Assembly: GCF_011386835.1 (NCBI RefSeq)
Contig: NC_088791.1
Location: 247,628,001 to 247,692,000, forward strand
Length of the DNA: 64,000 nucleotides
Reading direction: 5' to 3'
Source of the DNA: Chrysemys picta bellii
Taxonomy: Eukaryota
The notes beneath the pieces were generated by a model that saw nothing but the letters and a program-made list of their open reading frames with translations, searched no databases and had not been told where the DNA came from. The translations under genes were made by a program, and so were the position numbers. Below, piece after piece: positions 26,337 to 38,161 of the stretch (the first letter of the stretch is position 1; each line of letters opens with the position of its first letter).

Positions 26337-27471
26337 CTAACAATGAAAAAAAAAGAGGAAAGATTATAAATATTCAAGTATATTGTGCTTTCCCAAATAC
26401 ATCAAGTTTTGTAACATGAAACAGCAGGTATTTACCAAGAGAAAAACCATTACTATTGAGTTTTGATCAAGAATATACTTGTCTTATAAAATGCATGAAT
26501 CATAAGTAGTTTTAGTGTTTTTTATTTAATAATTTGTTGGGAGATGCTTTGATGTATTTCTAAAAGAGATATGTTTCTTCATACTGCTCAGATTGAAAAA
26601 ATGTGCAAGTACCCCTACCTCACATTACAAGGCTTAACTCAGACTTGTTTATGAGGAGCTCAGATTCTGTGGTTATGAGTGCCACAGAAATATCTCAAAT
26701 AAATATCAATGTTCCCAACTCTATCCACTCTAGAGATGACTTTAGTTCAGATTTTCTCTCTTCCTTCGCCTTATCTGAACTGTGAACAGCCTCCTCCACC
26801 TCCTTTTATTTTATTTTTTTCCCTGGGAGATGAAAATTATTTTGACATCACATTTTTTTTCCCAACAACATAAATTTGTTTCCTAAGGCATTTCAGAGAA
26901 TGTGATATGTAGCACTTGTTATAAACCCGTCCTCAGCATGGATGAGCTACTTCCAAGGTGCAGGCCATTTGCTCATCACAGTAACTCAAATTCTCTCCTT
27001 CAGTATATTTACCCGTATGCTTCTGTGAAAACACGACAATATCACCGACTGTTGGACAAATCATCAATATGAATGCTTTCTATATAGAATTTTGTGATCA
27101 TAAATGAGAAAATATTAGTGACATTAAGTAGTACAGAGTTAGGGTTTGCTTGAAGAAAAGGAACAAGTTTGTCTAGGCACTTCAAGGGAAACATAGTAAG
27201 TATGAATGTGAGCGATTTTTATCTCCAATACTCACAAGTCTTTCATCCCAAAAGGAATGGCAATCTTGAGTAGCAAAGGCATTTATCTATGTGTTTGTAT
27301 GGTAATCTATTGCAGGTGCTTTCTCTCTCTTTTCTCTAATATTCACTATTATGTTGCAATTCCTCCCCCTGTCCCCCCCCAAAAACACTCCACACTTGAA
27401 TAAGTACTTATCTTTATTTATCTGAATTCAATTCAATACTCCATATGCTTTTACACAACGTTTTTAATTAC

Positions 27472-27558
27472 CTTGTATTTTGTTAGCATTATGTCTGAGA
27501 AATTGCTTGCCTCAAGCGTAGCTAGAAGCCCGGGAGGGCCCGGTAGACCTTTTTCACC
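27472..27558 (-). CDS. COL4A2: COL4A2 exon 13-equivalent, 87 bp
   Basis: tttcctacAG / GTaatt; GEKGLPGPPGLLATLEASNFSDIMLTKYK; non-collagenous interruption ending in YK as in alpha2(IV). Confidence 0.9.
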
Positions 27559-27729
27559 CTGTAGGAAAACCACAGAAATAGGTTTAGCAGCAGCTAAAAT
27601 AACTCTTTAAATTGTAGACCTGCATTGGATGCCCAATTTGCTACTAAAATTTAGGACTAGATCCTAAGTTGGAACCAATCGCAGCTACATGGACTTACAC
27701 CAGCTAAAAGTTTAGCTGTAAAAGTCTAA

Positions 27730-28006
27730 GGCTATGTCTACACTACAGCCTATGTTGGCAAAACTTATGTTGCTCAGGGGTGTGAATATTCCATCCCCCT
27801 GAGTGACATAAATTACACCAACCTAAGTGTTCATGTGCACACCTTCTCCTGCCAACATAGCTTATGTTGCTTGCAGAGGTGGTTTTTTTATGCCAACGGG
27901 AGAGCTCTCTCCGTTCGGCATAGAACGTCTTCACCAGATGCGCTACAATGGCGCAGCTGTATTGGTACAGCTGTGCCACCGCAGTGCTATATGTATAGAC
28001 ATACTC
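27730..28006. mobile_element. PIF/Harbinger MITE
   Basis: Left TIR GGCTATGTCTACACTA; degenerate right TIR TATAGACATACTC; TAA on both flanks. Confidence 0.8.
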
Positions 28007-28173
28007 TAAACAAGGTTATGGCAAGAAAAGAATTAGATTCATATTAAGCTAAGAGGTGACGATATTTTCCATTGTACTACATACTTCTAGAACAAACTGT
28101 AAAGATTTTAACTCCATTGATTTCAATAGAGTTTCTTCTGATTTGTACTGGTATGAGAGCACAGTCAGACCTA

Positions 28174-28464
28174 GGGCATGTCTACACTTACCTCCGGAGC
28201 AATCGATCCAGTGGGGGTCGATTTATTGCGTCTACTAAAGACATGATAAATCTACCGACGAGTGCTCTCCCATCGACTCCGGCACTCCACCGGAGCGAGA
28301 AGTATAGGCGGAGTCGATGGGGGAGCATCAGCAGTCGACCTACCGCAGTGAAGACACCGTGGTAAGTAGATCTAAGTATGTCGACTTCAGCTATGTTATT
28401 CACATAGCTGAAGTTGCGTAACTTAGATCGACACCCCTCCTCTCCCCCAGTGTAGGCCAGGCCC
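28174..28464. mobile_element. PIF/Harbinger MITE
   Basis: TIRs GGGCATGTCTACACT / AGTGTAGGCCAGGCCC; CpG-rich interior with short palindromes. Confidence 0.82.
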
Positions 28465-28654
28465 TAGACATGTAAAAGACCATTTGGCTACAACATTTAC
28501 TATTGTCTTATCATCACTTTCAAAGTAAATGAATTTTTACTATAGTATATCATCACAAAATAATATTGGACAGTAATTTAAATAAGCTCTTTTATAAAGG
28601 TTAAGCATCACCAATTTATCTTATACCCATACTAATTCACTGGTTTTCCTTTAC

Positions 28655-28696
28655 CTTTTCACCTCTTTTTCCATAAAAACCCACGCCTCTGTTGCC
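28655..28696 (-). CDS. COL4A2: COL4A2 exon 12-equivalent, 42 bp
   Basis: gtctttgcAG / GTaaag; GNRGVGFYGKRGEK (human recalled as GNRGLGFYGVKGEK). Confidence 0.95.
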
Positions 28697-29427
28697 CTGC
28701 AAAGACATTAAGTCAGCATAATATAATTATACAATACTTCTACAGAATAGATTTAAATGAAAGGAGCTCCAGAAGTACTTAACCAAAGGAGTGTTTCAGG
28801 GTAGGGATTCTTAGGACATCACTGCAGAATTGTGATCACATAACAGTCTAGCTCTAACTCAATAAGTCATTTTGGTTTAGCATTTAGAAAGAAGGCTGTA
28901 ATTAAAACCTCATGTTGACAGCACTGCTCCAGTGTTTCCTCTAACAGGCATTAAGTCTGTCTTTTCTCTGAGTAACAATGTGAAAAGACTGCACGCTGCA
29001 TCTGTGGGGGCTTTTTAATAGAACTACATGTTAAATAAAATTACCTAAGTACACTGCGTATTGGAACTATGAACTCATAGAACTCTCTGATAAAATATAA
29101 TCTGAGATATATGGACAGATTCTTTGATCTGGGGAGACTGCTGTGCCCACACCAGCAGTGTAATCTGGCTTTAAAGCAGGTTTAACCACTCCAGGGAAGA
29201 TTTTCCCAGTGCAAGGTTGATTTAAAAGGTATGTCTACAGATCTTTTTGGAGTGAGTGGGAATGAGTCTCCCAGATCAAGCTAGTTGGTCCACACTAGTG
29301 CTTTAAAAATAGTTGCGTAGACAACGCTTTGAAGTTGCACGGAGGCTGGAACTCAACCTTCCTCCCCAGGCTTCACAACTCAAAACATCTTCAGTTTACT
29401 AGGTATGTCTGTAATCACTATAGTCTG

Positions 29428-29524
29428 CAGACCTGAAGAAGAGCTCTGTGTAGCTCGAAAGCTTTTCTCTCACCAACAGAAGTTGGTCCAATAAAAGATA
29501 TTACCTCACTCACCTCGTCTCTCT
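29428..29524 (+). mobile_element. Penelope-like element terminus with a degenerate minimal hammerhead motif
   Basis: agacCTGAAGAagagctctgtgtagctcGAAAgcttttct followed by caccaacagaagttggtccaataaaagatattacc. Confidence 0.7.
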
Positions 29525-29648
29525 GTAATAATTAAAGGCCTGACTTAGCACACCAACTCAAGTCAGTGATATCTGTCCACTGACTTGGATCAGACCCTAT
29601 GAACCCAAAATGAAATATGTGAGGACAGCTCTTCAGAGAAAGACTTAC

Positions 29649-29684
29649 TTGTGGTCCTGGGAAACCCGGTGGCCCTTTTGGTCC
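29649..29684 (-). CDS. COL4A2: COL4A2 exon 11-equivalent, 36 bp
   Basis: atttgtacAG / GTaagt; [12 protein letters not shown]. Confidence 0.92.
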
Positions 29685-30259
29685 CTGTACAAATACAATT
29701 GTGGAGAGTAAATTACCTCTCATTAGTGCCTTTTCTATTAATACTATTTTGAGAACATCAAACACTTTACATGTGAAACATAAGGATACATTCAGAATGT
29801 ACTGTATTCATTTAGCATTCAGTCAACAATACTTAATATATTAACTATATTTATTGTACTGTATGATATTGAAAATGCTAGCTTAGCGCATTTGATCATC
29901 TTCCTGGCTCTAATGGGATACGAGGCTGCTAATTACTTGGAGCCGGTGGAGTTACTGCTGTAGTTCAATAGGAACTTGTGGTTTTCACCAGACAATATAA
30001 TTGCAATAATACAGGTGATATATGCTGAAAGGTCTTGATTCTTTTTTGCAATGCTGATCCCTGGAGAATTAGTGTCACATACTGCCTTTCACTTTCAAAA
30101 TATAATCCCCTCTTTGGTTTTAAGAACACCTAGTTGTCGTACTTAAACCTGTTAGCTAATGTACAACTACTAGCTCCTAGTGTACAAAAAAAGAGGTCCT
30201 GCTAGCATGATACTTATGTCAGGTTAATTTCATAGAGTACATATTTTAAAAATACTTAC

Positions 30260-30322
30260 TGGTTTTCCTGGATTTCCTGTTGGACCAATTAAACCCACAA
30301 CACCACGAACACCTTGAGGTCC
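30260..30322 (-). CDS. COL4A2: COL4A2 exon 10-equivalent, 63 bp
   Basis: catttctAG / GTaagt; GPQGVRGVVGLIGPTGNPGKP. Confidence 0.92.
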
Positions 30323-30438
30323 CTAGAAATGCCAAAAATGACTTAAAAAAATGAAACAAACCAATAATGGATGTTGTTTTGGTAGCTGCTATTATTAACA
30401 TATTGATAAATCATCACATTTGGTGAACAGCAACTTAC

Positions 30439-30474
30439 TGGAAAGCCCAACAATCCCTGCTCACCAGGCTCTCC
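30439..30474 (-). CDS. COL4A2: COL4A2 exon 9-equivalent, 36 bp
   Basis: gtcttctttAG / GTaagt; GEPGEQGLLGFP (human recalled as GEPGEPGLVGFQ). Confidence 0.93.
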
Positions 30475-32422
30475 CTAAAGAAGACAAAAATAGTTAAAGA
30501 TACAGTAAGTACTATATACGACACTAACGATACATCTTCTAGCTCAGGGATTTTAAAAAGGCATTCCTTCAGTCATAATAATCAGAACGTAGCATAAAAA
30601 CATGACACAAACACTTTAAATAAAGATAAATTCAATATAAATATTGATATAGAAAATCAGTTCAATTTTATTACATGTTAATTGTATACTTTCTATGTAC
30701 AGTACAGTTATATATATTATGACTGGGATTTTCAAAAGGTTGCTAAGGGAGTTAAGCACCCAAATTTCATTGAAATGAAATGGGAATTGAATGCCTAACT
30801 TCCTTTGCAAATCTCAGTTTATAAATTTAGATGATGTCTAACAAGGATATGTATGTATCCTGAATTGAAACAAACTAGTTAAATGAGGACTCTCTCAATA
30901 GATTGCATTTAGAATTACAGTACCAAATGATTGTTTCTTTGAACATTTCCATTTTTAAAACACAGAAAACATTTGGAGCATACTGTTTTAGAAACCACAT
31001 TTTTGACTGTAGAACATGTTGAAATATTTTTGGAAGTTTGATCCAAAAACATTTTGGGACAACAGTTCACATACTCTTACTCATTTTGAACAGCTCCTTA
31101 CTACACAAATATCTTCACTGAAGCTAGTGGGACGATTTATGGAGCAAGGTAAAACCTAACAGTGTACGGCTATCATTATCTAACTGTTGGGTATCAGATA
31201 CTCGAAATGAACTAATACAAATGATTACTTATTAGCACTATTATTAGATTTCAAAATTATTCTAGAAGGAAAAGAATATTATCTGATTGAAAAATACAAG
31301 ATATTTATTAATGTATTATCAAAAATAATAAACCGCTGGTTACCTAAAAATGTTGGCATCTTATCATTGGCACAACACGTTTTGCTAATCTTTTCCACAC
31401 AGAAAAAGAAGAAAATAAAAATCTAGCATCAGATTCTAGCCCCTTCTTTGGCTGTTTTGTGATGCTCCATTGGTACAAAGCAGCCAGAAATATAGCTTAT
31501 CCACCTATCTGGGAATTCTGCTTGCACAAGGCAAACCCGCAGATAATGCAGAGCTAGTATATTGTATCTATGTGACCCTTCTTCCAACTGTGGGAGAGAA
31601 GGCATGGCCAAGTGCTTCTGGACTCAGGCTATTCCTGGCTGTTGGAACAGCCTGTTTAGGTTGTGAGCAGCTGGAGGTAAGTTAAAGCTCCTGAATGCTG
31701 ATCTAATTTACAGTGGGGACAAGACTGTTCCCAGAATCCAGGAACCACAAAGCAGGTGCAAAACTCCTTTTGTACAGCCCCTTCTGAACTGTGTTAAGCC
31801 CAGTCTGGACCCACCTCAGAATCTGGGCCATAAATGGTAACGTACATATATTACATTGTAAATTATCTAACCACTTATAATTATCTAATACTTTAAAACT
31901 ATAAAACGTTTATATTTTTTCACATATAGATACACACACACTCACACAAATAGATTTGTCTGAGCTAGGTACAGCTGATATCAAGAATCTATATTAATAA
32001 TATTTAGCTCTTATACAGTTATATCAGAATCTATATATACTTATAATATATATACTTATGTTATATACACTTATATTACAAGTCAGCTCAACTCCTGCAG
32101 ATCACATGAAAATTATGTGGAAAAGGAGACTAAAAAATATACTTGTATTCAATACTCTGGAAAAGGAATTATGCTGCTGTGAATGACACACATTAAAGTT
32201 ACAAAACTTTAAAGTAACCCCCTGAAGGCACTGGACACCATTTCTGCTATAATGCTTGCACACATCACATTTTAAATACTACATTGGAAATGTTTCCAAA
32301 ATGAGAAGACTGTGGGAGATTTCCAGCACACCCATAGTCAACATGTAGCTGGAGGTTCTTTGTTATGAAGAAATTGGAAAGGTCCCTCTTTCCTGGAAGT
32401 CAGCTAGGGGTAATAATACCTT

Positions 32423-33162
32423 AAATCTGCCCTTAATTAAGAATTAGGTTGTGGGAACTCAGCATAGTCCAGTTATATGGGCTGGAATAATGACTGCAGT
32501 CCCGCCATGCTGCTATGTGGGTTGGTAAAGCCACTAGATACAAATAATGAACTGTTTGTGAAAATTATGAAAAATACTCAGGAGAGTGAAAAGTAACAGC
32601 CCTGTTGCAAAAGGCATGTAGAAAAATCAGAAATGTGGCTTAAAGATGGAAAAAACCCACCCCTCTACCAAATTCAAGAGACGCTGCACACGAGAGCTCA
32701 TCAATTCACAAGTGATAGATACATACCCTGAATTTGCTTGCTAGCTCAGGAGTCATTACAAAAGGTTCCCCCTTCTGACCTTTTGGTCCTTGGATTCCCT
32801 AAATTGATAAAACAAAAAGAAAAAGGATTTTCACATCTGACTATTTATATATTTAAAGTTGTGAAGTATATCTGACAGCAATTTCATATGTATATGCACA
32901 CTACAGTGTGTGAACAGTGACTATGTCTAATGGTGGAAATTCATGTTACATGTACAAAGTTGAAACCATCAGGATCATATGGGTGAATTGTGCAGGAAGG
33001 AGGCAAAGAAATCTGCTCTTAATTAAGAATTAGGTTGTGGGACCTCAGCTTAGTCCAGTTATGTGGGCTGGAATAATGACTGCAGTCCTGCCATGCTGCT
33101 TATGTGGGTTGGTAAAGCCACTAGATCCAAATCATGAACAGTTTGTGAAAATTGTGAAAAAT
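32423..33162. repeat. Direct repeat pair (32423-32575 and 33009-33162) flanking exon 8
   Basis: Manual alignment: 153/154 bp, 9 substitutions plus 1 indel. Confidence 0.92.
32727..32798 (-). CDS. COL4A2: COL4A2 exon 8-equivalent, 72 bp
   Basis: tcaatttAG / GTatgt; [24 protein letters not shown] (human recalled as [24 protein letters not shown]). Confidence 0.94.
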
Positions 33163-33556
33163 TTTCCTCAAAAATTTGATTTATTTTTATGAATGCTACT
33201 ATTTGGTGGATACAGGCCACCTTGTGGTTCCCTCAAACCACCTCGCTGTGGGACTTATATGATGGAGAGGGTTTTGAGTAGATCCTCCAGATCTTAATGA
33301 ATGTCATAGTTTTTCATGACTAACTTCTGTGGGTATTGTGTTAGGTCATCCCCTGTAAGTGGAGTGTTCTGTGGATAATTAGAGGGTCAAAAACCAAAAG
33401 CTCTACTAAAACTCATTGGAAAAAATAATTAAAACGTGAGATAAACACAGAGTGGATAAGGAGTCCCGCTTAAAGATTTTTCCATTTTGGTCCTGAGAAT
33501 ACTACAGTTAAATTAATCAAAATGATGAATTTAAGTTCATTCATTCAGCTACTTAC

Positions 33557-33673
33557 AAAGGAACCAGGTTGACCGCTGGGCCCCTGACTTCCTTTTTCAC
33601 CAGCATCACCTCTGGTCCCGTTGCAGCCATCATGACCTGGTTTCCCCCTTGATCCTGACTGCCCAGGATGACC
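33557..33673 (-). CDS. COL4A2: COL4A2 exon 7-equivalent, 117 bp (7S region)
   Basis: ttctccacAG / GTaagt; [39 protein letters not shown] with the conserved GCNGT (Cys plus N-glycan sequon). Confidence 0.96.
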
Positions 33674-35784
33674 CTGTGGAGAATAAAAAATGTGTTTATC
33701 TATCCATCTGTTCCTAGTTTTCATTTTCCAGTGCTCATATAGTTTTTAAACATTCTCATAATCAGCCCAAGGCTTAAATCCATGGGAAACTACAATTTTC
33801 AAAGAAAGAAACACAGACAGTGCTTTTTTATATATAGCTGCAGCTTGAACCAGATGCCCCAGACAGCATGAAAGAAGTCAAAGGCAAAGGAAAGGGTAAG
33901 AAAGCTATGCTCAATGCACTTTCTGTTAAACAGAGAGCTAAACCAGCTAATGGCTCTTATACGGGGAGTATCAGAGCCTGGGATTATTGCAGAAATCAGT
34001 ATCTCGGCGTAAAAGACTGGGAAGAAGGGTTTCTTGCTGGCTTTGAACAGCTTCCATTCTGGGGAAAAAAACATAGCAATTGTTTTGGAGCAGGGCTGGG
34101 TGTCATGATGCAGCTGTGGCATTCACATGGAGAGGGAAAAATAAGCAGCTCAAGTCAAAGAGGTATGTGGCATGGTGGAAGTAACACTATCAGCCTCGTG
34201 AGGTATTGGAAGGGAGAGAAAAGTTGGCCGTGATTCAGCTCTCCCTTAAACTGGACGTACTCCACTGTAATTCCATTAATTTCACTGCCATTACTTACTC
34301 CTGATTTTCATCAATGTCAAAGAGAATCAGAGCAATCATGTACTTGCTTTGAGCAGCTCTCTACTCTATGAAAGACTGCAACCAGAAAGATAGGAGCCAA
34401 ATATACTCAGAAACCCATCTTTCTTCTCCCGTCTCCACCCGCTGGAGCTGTGTTTGCCTTTCCACTCCTGTTCCCTCATCTGAGCAGAAAGAAAACTCCT
34501 TATTGCTTGCCTGCCCCCACTAAGCACCAGCATTCCCCCGCTCCTCATCAGCCTCATGACCTTCATCTCCCTCTTCTTGGCCATCGGCCTCACATCTCTG
34601 CACTGAGCCACTCTTGGGTTCATGTGAGTTCCTATTTACTTCCAGAGAGTCACCATTGGTTCCTGGCCTGAGGCAGCTGGTTGGGAAACAACAGCAGGGG
34701 GAGGCAGGATACACTGAGAGTGCAGGTTGGAGGAAAGAGGTGGAGCTATCTAAGACTCGCTGCAGGCAAGTGTCCCAATACAGCCCCATTTTCTTGTATC
34801 CAGAACACCACCCTCCTCTTGCACAGACATCAGCTGTGTGTATGCAAACCCGATTGAAGTCAGTGAAAGTTGTATACATGGACTGATAAGGACCCTTGGC
34901 TGCAGTGCTTCCACTGTGGAGGGGAAGAAGTCTTTCCGTGTTTGGTTTTCAGAGAGAAGAGGAAGAAAGAATGTGAGTGAGAGAGAGACTCCTCTAAAAC
35001 TAGATTTGGAACATTGCTGGAAGCAAAGAGGGTGAGAGGAGAGTGGATGTGGATGTGCATGTGTGGGTGGTAGAGAAAGTCCCTGATGTCAGAGCGCACT
35101 GCAAAGGAAGTCCTGGGAAATCTGTCCAGAGATTCTTGTGACTCAGATTTCCTTGTTTATTATTTTATGCCACAAGATGTAAAGTAGAGTAAGCTGCATT
35201 TTGAACTCTTTCCCATGAATGGACTATGGTTTTCATATTGGAACTTTTCAATGGTTTGTTACATAGACCATGACAATTTATTCAAAGTTCTACAATATTG
35301 AAATACCTATGAAAGATTTTAAGATCGTGTCACTCACAACATAATAACTAAAATTAATAACCACTCGGCATCCTTATAACCACTGACATTTTCAAAGCAC
35401 TTTACAAGCATGAAATAACAAAGGACTGATTTTGTCCCCCTCCACTGCATGATGAGGGGAGGCTAAGTACATGGATCACACCTCTCTTGTGCAGAAGAGC
35501 ATGCTTAGCTCAGCAACCCCCATAGACACACTACAGATGTCCTCCTCTTTAGCCCTTTTTGTGGGTTTCTCTATGAGGGGAAGCAACTGAATCCTAATTA
35601 TCTGAGATGATGATAGACGAGGCAGAGTTTTCTTCTCAGCTACATGTCTGTAACTGCATTTATTTTAACAAGTCTGACTGACTTGAGTTGGGTTGCCTGC
35701 ATGTAACTGAGGACAGAATTTGACATAAGGATTTTAATTCAGTAGGGTAATTTCAGTCCAATCTAAAATGTTTACAGTGAATGG

Positions 35785-35990
35785 CAGGGCCGGCTCCAGC
35801 ATTTCTGCCGCCCCAAGCGAAAAAAAAAAAAAAAAAAAAAGCCACGATCGGCGGCGGCAGTTCAGCGGCAGGTCCTTCGCTCCCAGAGGGAGTGAGGGAC
35901 CAGTCGCCCCCGAATTGCCGCAGGTGTCGCCCCTCTCCCTTGGCCGCCCCAAGCACCTGCTTGTTAAGCTGGTGCCTGGAGCCGGCCCTG
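35785..35990. mobile_element. hAT MITE (CAGGGCCGGCTCCAG family)
   Basis: Perfect TIRs CAGGGCCGGCTCCAG / CTGGAGCCGGCCCTG; exact 8-bp TSD GTGAATGG. Confidence 0.93.
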
Positions 35991-36053
35991 GTGAATGGTA
36001 AACAACTCTCAGTAATCCTTGATCTCTAATGTATTAAATGAGTGACTACTTAC

Positions 36054-36098
36054 AGGAACACCATCTGCACCAGGGAAACCAGTTACTCCTGTTAGCCC
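36054..36098 (-). CDS. COL4A2: COL4A2 exon 6-equivalent, 45 bp
   Basis: ctcattttAG / GTaagt; GLTGVTGFPGADGVP. Confidence 0.94.
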
Positions 36099-36188
36099 CT
36101 AAAATGAGACAACACAATTAAAGCAAAGAATTATCCCACTATTTTCTTCTTTAGATGTTACATGAAATATGTGAAGCTTTGAAATTAC

Positions 36189-36323
36189 CACTTCTCCTTT
36201 TGGTCCAGTTACTCCAGGTCGCCCTCTTTCACCTTTGTGACCTTTGTGACCTTCTAAACCTGGGCTACCCATTAATCCTGGTGGTCCAGAGAATCCCTGA
36301 GGTCCAAGTAGTCCTGGTTGACC
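36189..36323 (-). CDS. COL4A2: COL4A2 exon 5-equivalent, 135 bp
   Basis: gctttccacAG / GTaatt; [45 protein letters not shown]. No further upstream exon was found within the window. Confidence 0.95.
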
Positions 36324-37258
36324 CTGTGGAAAGCAATAAAAGCATTTCTTCAGGAATGATTGTAATACACAGGGATCACCAATTCAGCTCTATTATAATG
36401 GAATCTTCCCATCCCCTTAAACAGATGAAAAAAACCCTTTCAGCTCTTCTTACTCTGGCAGGCTGGGTTCTTTGGTGAACATCATATGACAGCAACACAC
36501 ATAGAAGCTACACAACAGGCGACTGTGTTGCGTATGACAAAGCAAATGCTTTAAAATAAAACAGCACTCATCCTAGAATATTCACTGTTATGCTATGAAA
36601 AGAATGTTATCTGCAGAATAAACAGCTGGTTTCTGTTGAGCAAGGCCCAAAGCAGATGCAATTACACTGCACTCCAAGTAATTGAGATGTACTTAATTGT
36701 GAAATCCACTTAATTGGTATGTTTCTCCCAAACTGAGCTAGATACTTAACAGCAGGAATTTCTGTTTCTTTGGGATTGTAATTCCCCTTAATTATGATGC
36801 TTGAAGATGATTAGATGGGATTCATACAGGAATAGGTACTCAACTAGGGAATGGTAATCACATAGGTTGAAGAGTTGATCAAAGGCTTCTCTGTCCTAAA
36901 AATCTCTTCCGGTGTTGGTTCAGCAAAACAGCATTAATGATGCCATTCAGGCCACTTCAAACTTTGCTTAAAATTCATTCTCTTGAGGCTGGCAGAATCA
37001 CAAGGATCAACAAAACCCAACTAGCGCTATACTCTTCTATTACATTTCAATTCAAATTGCGGGGAAAAGATCCCTTTGAGACTTAGTCAAGTGAATCAGC
37101 AGGTTGGAGATTAGTGACATACAGCATTTTGAGAACCATTCCAAATATAAAATGGCTTCTTAGGGACTACTGCTGTGCACTTAACATATAATAATTAACA
37201 ACAATCTTCTTTTAACCAGGAAATCTGCTTAATCAGGATGACTGGCCATCCAGAAAGG

Positions 37259-37436
37259 CAGTGCTTAATTTGTAATGAAACTGAGCTGGGGCTCAAGCAA
37301 TTAGGTGCCAGGGCTCTAGCCATTTTTTTACTTTCATAACTGATGCAGCAAGCCCAGAGGTGCTGGTGCTATGAACTGCCAAACCTAGAGATGCTGGGGC
37401 TCAGCCTTGGAAAGCCCTGGCACAAATTAGGCACTA
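37259..37436. mobile_element. hAT MITE
   Basis: TIRs CAGTGCTTAATTTGT / ACAAATTAGGCACTA; TSD CAGAAAGG / TAGCAAGG (6/8 match). Confidence 0.72.
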
Positions 37437-38161
37437 TAGCAAGGCATCTTACAAACCACATAACTAACATATACACAAGTGTGTACAAACGGAATGAAAT
37501 TATTAGTATAATAGAGATCCATCACATATTCCCCATCTCACTTCTTTGAAACTATTTCCCCTTCCAAAATAGATAAAATACATAAGGTTATAATACATCA
37601 AATATTCCAATCTTTTGGTCCTGTGAAGAATATTGGTGCCATTTTCACTTAATGCCACTGGGCTAGAGAAAGGAAAAGAAACAAAACTGATCCTGGATCA
37701 CTTTCTTGGATCCAGAAAGTAGTCAAAATGCTTAACAATATGCGGTTGAGTTTTAGACAATCTCTTGGTTTATTTTTATTTTACACCATGGGCTCTGTCT
37801 TGTGACTTGTGTGACATACTTCACAAATTTTCTTTTTTCATTTTCATTCTGTTCATAACTACATTCTGTCTATTGTAGCCCTTCAGAGAAACACTCCAGT
37901 GGCTTTAATAACATAAACAGAAACAACACTCCCAACCAAAATATGATATATGCTTGTGGTATAAAAATGATCAATCATAAATGATTATTCTTACATCTTC
38001 CATATTTCTTTGTTTTCACTTTGTTCACAATTATTAACCAAGACCCAAGTTAGGCTTTTCCCTTCTACTATGGCTTATTCAGAAAAAAAAATCACCATGT
38101 AGGTAGGTTTTGTGGCTAAAGCACTGGCCTTTTCACCCCTAAGTCTGAGTGTGATTTGTAC

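Noticed and set aside
26900-27075. CpG-retaining stretch whose minus translation (PTVGDIVVFSQKHTGKY) looks protein-like
   Set aside because: Short, ends in a stop, has no splice sites and no recognisable family; unsupported without a search.
1-36323. Assignment as COL4A4 or COL4A6 instead of COL4A2
   Set aside because: Diagnostic segments (GNRGxGFYG, GEP-x9-RGEPGE, CxC...[24 protein letters not shown]) and most exon sizes match alpha2(IV) as recalled.
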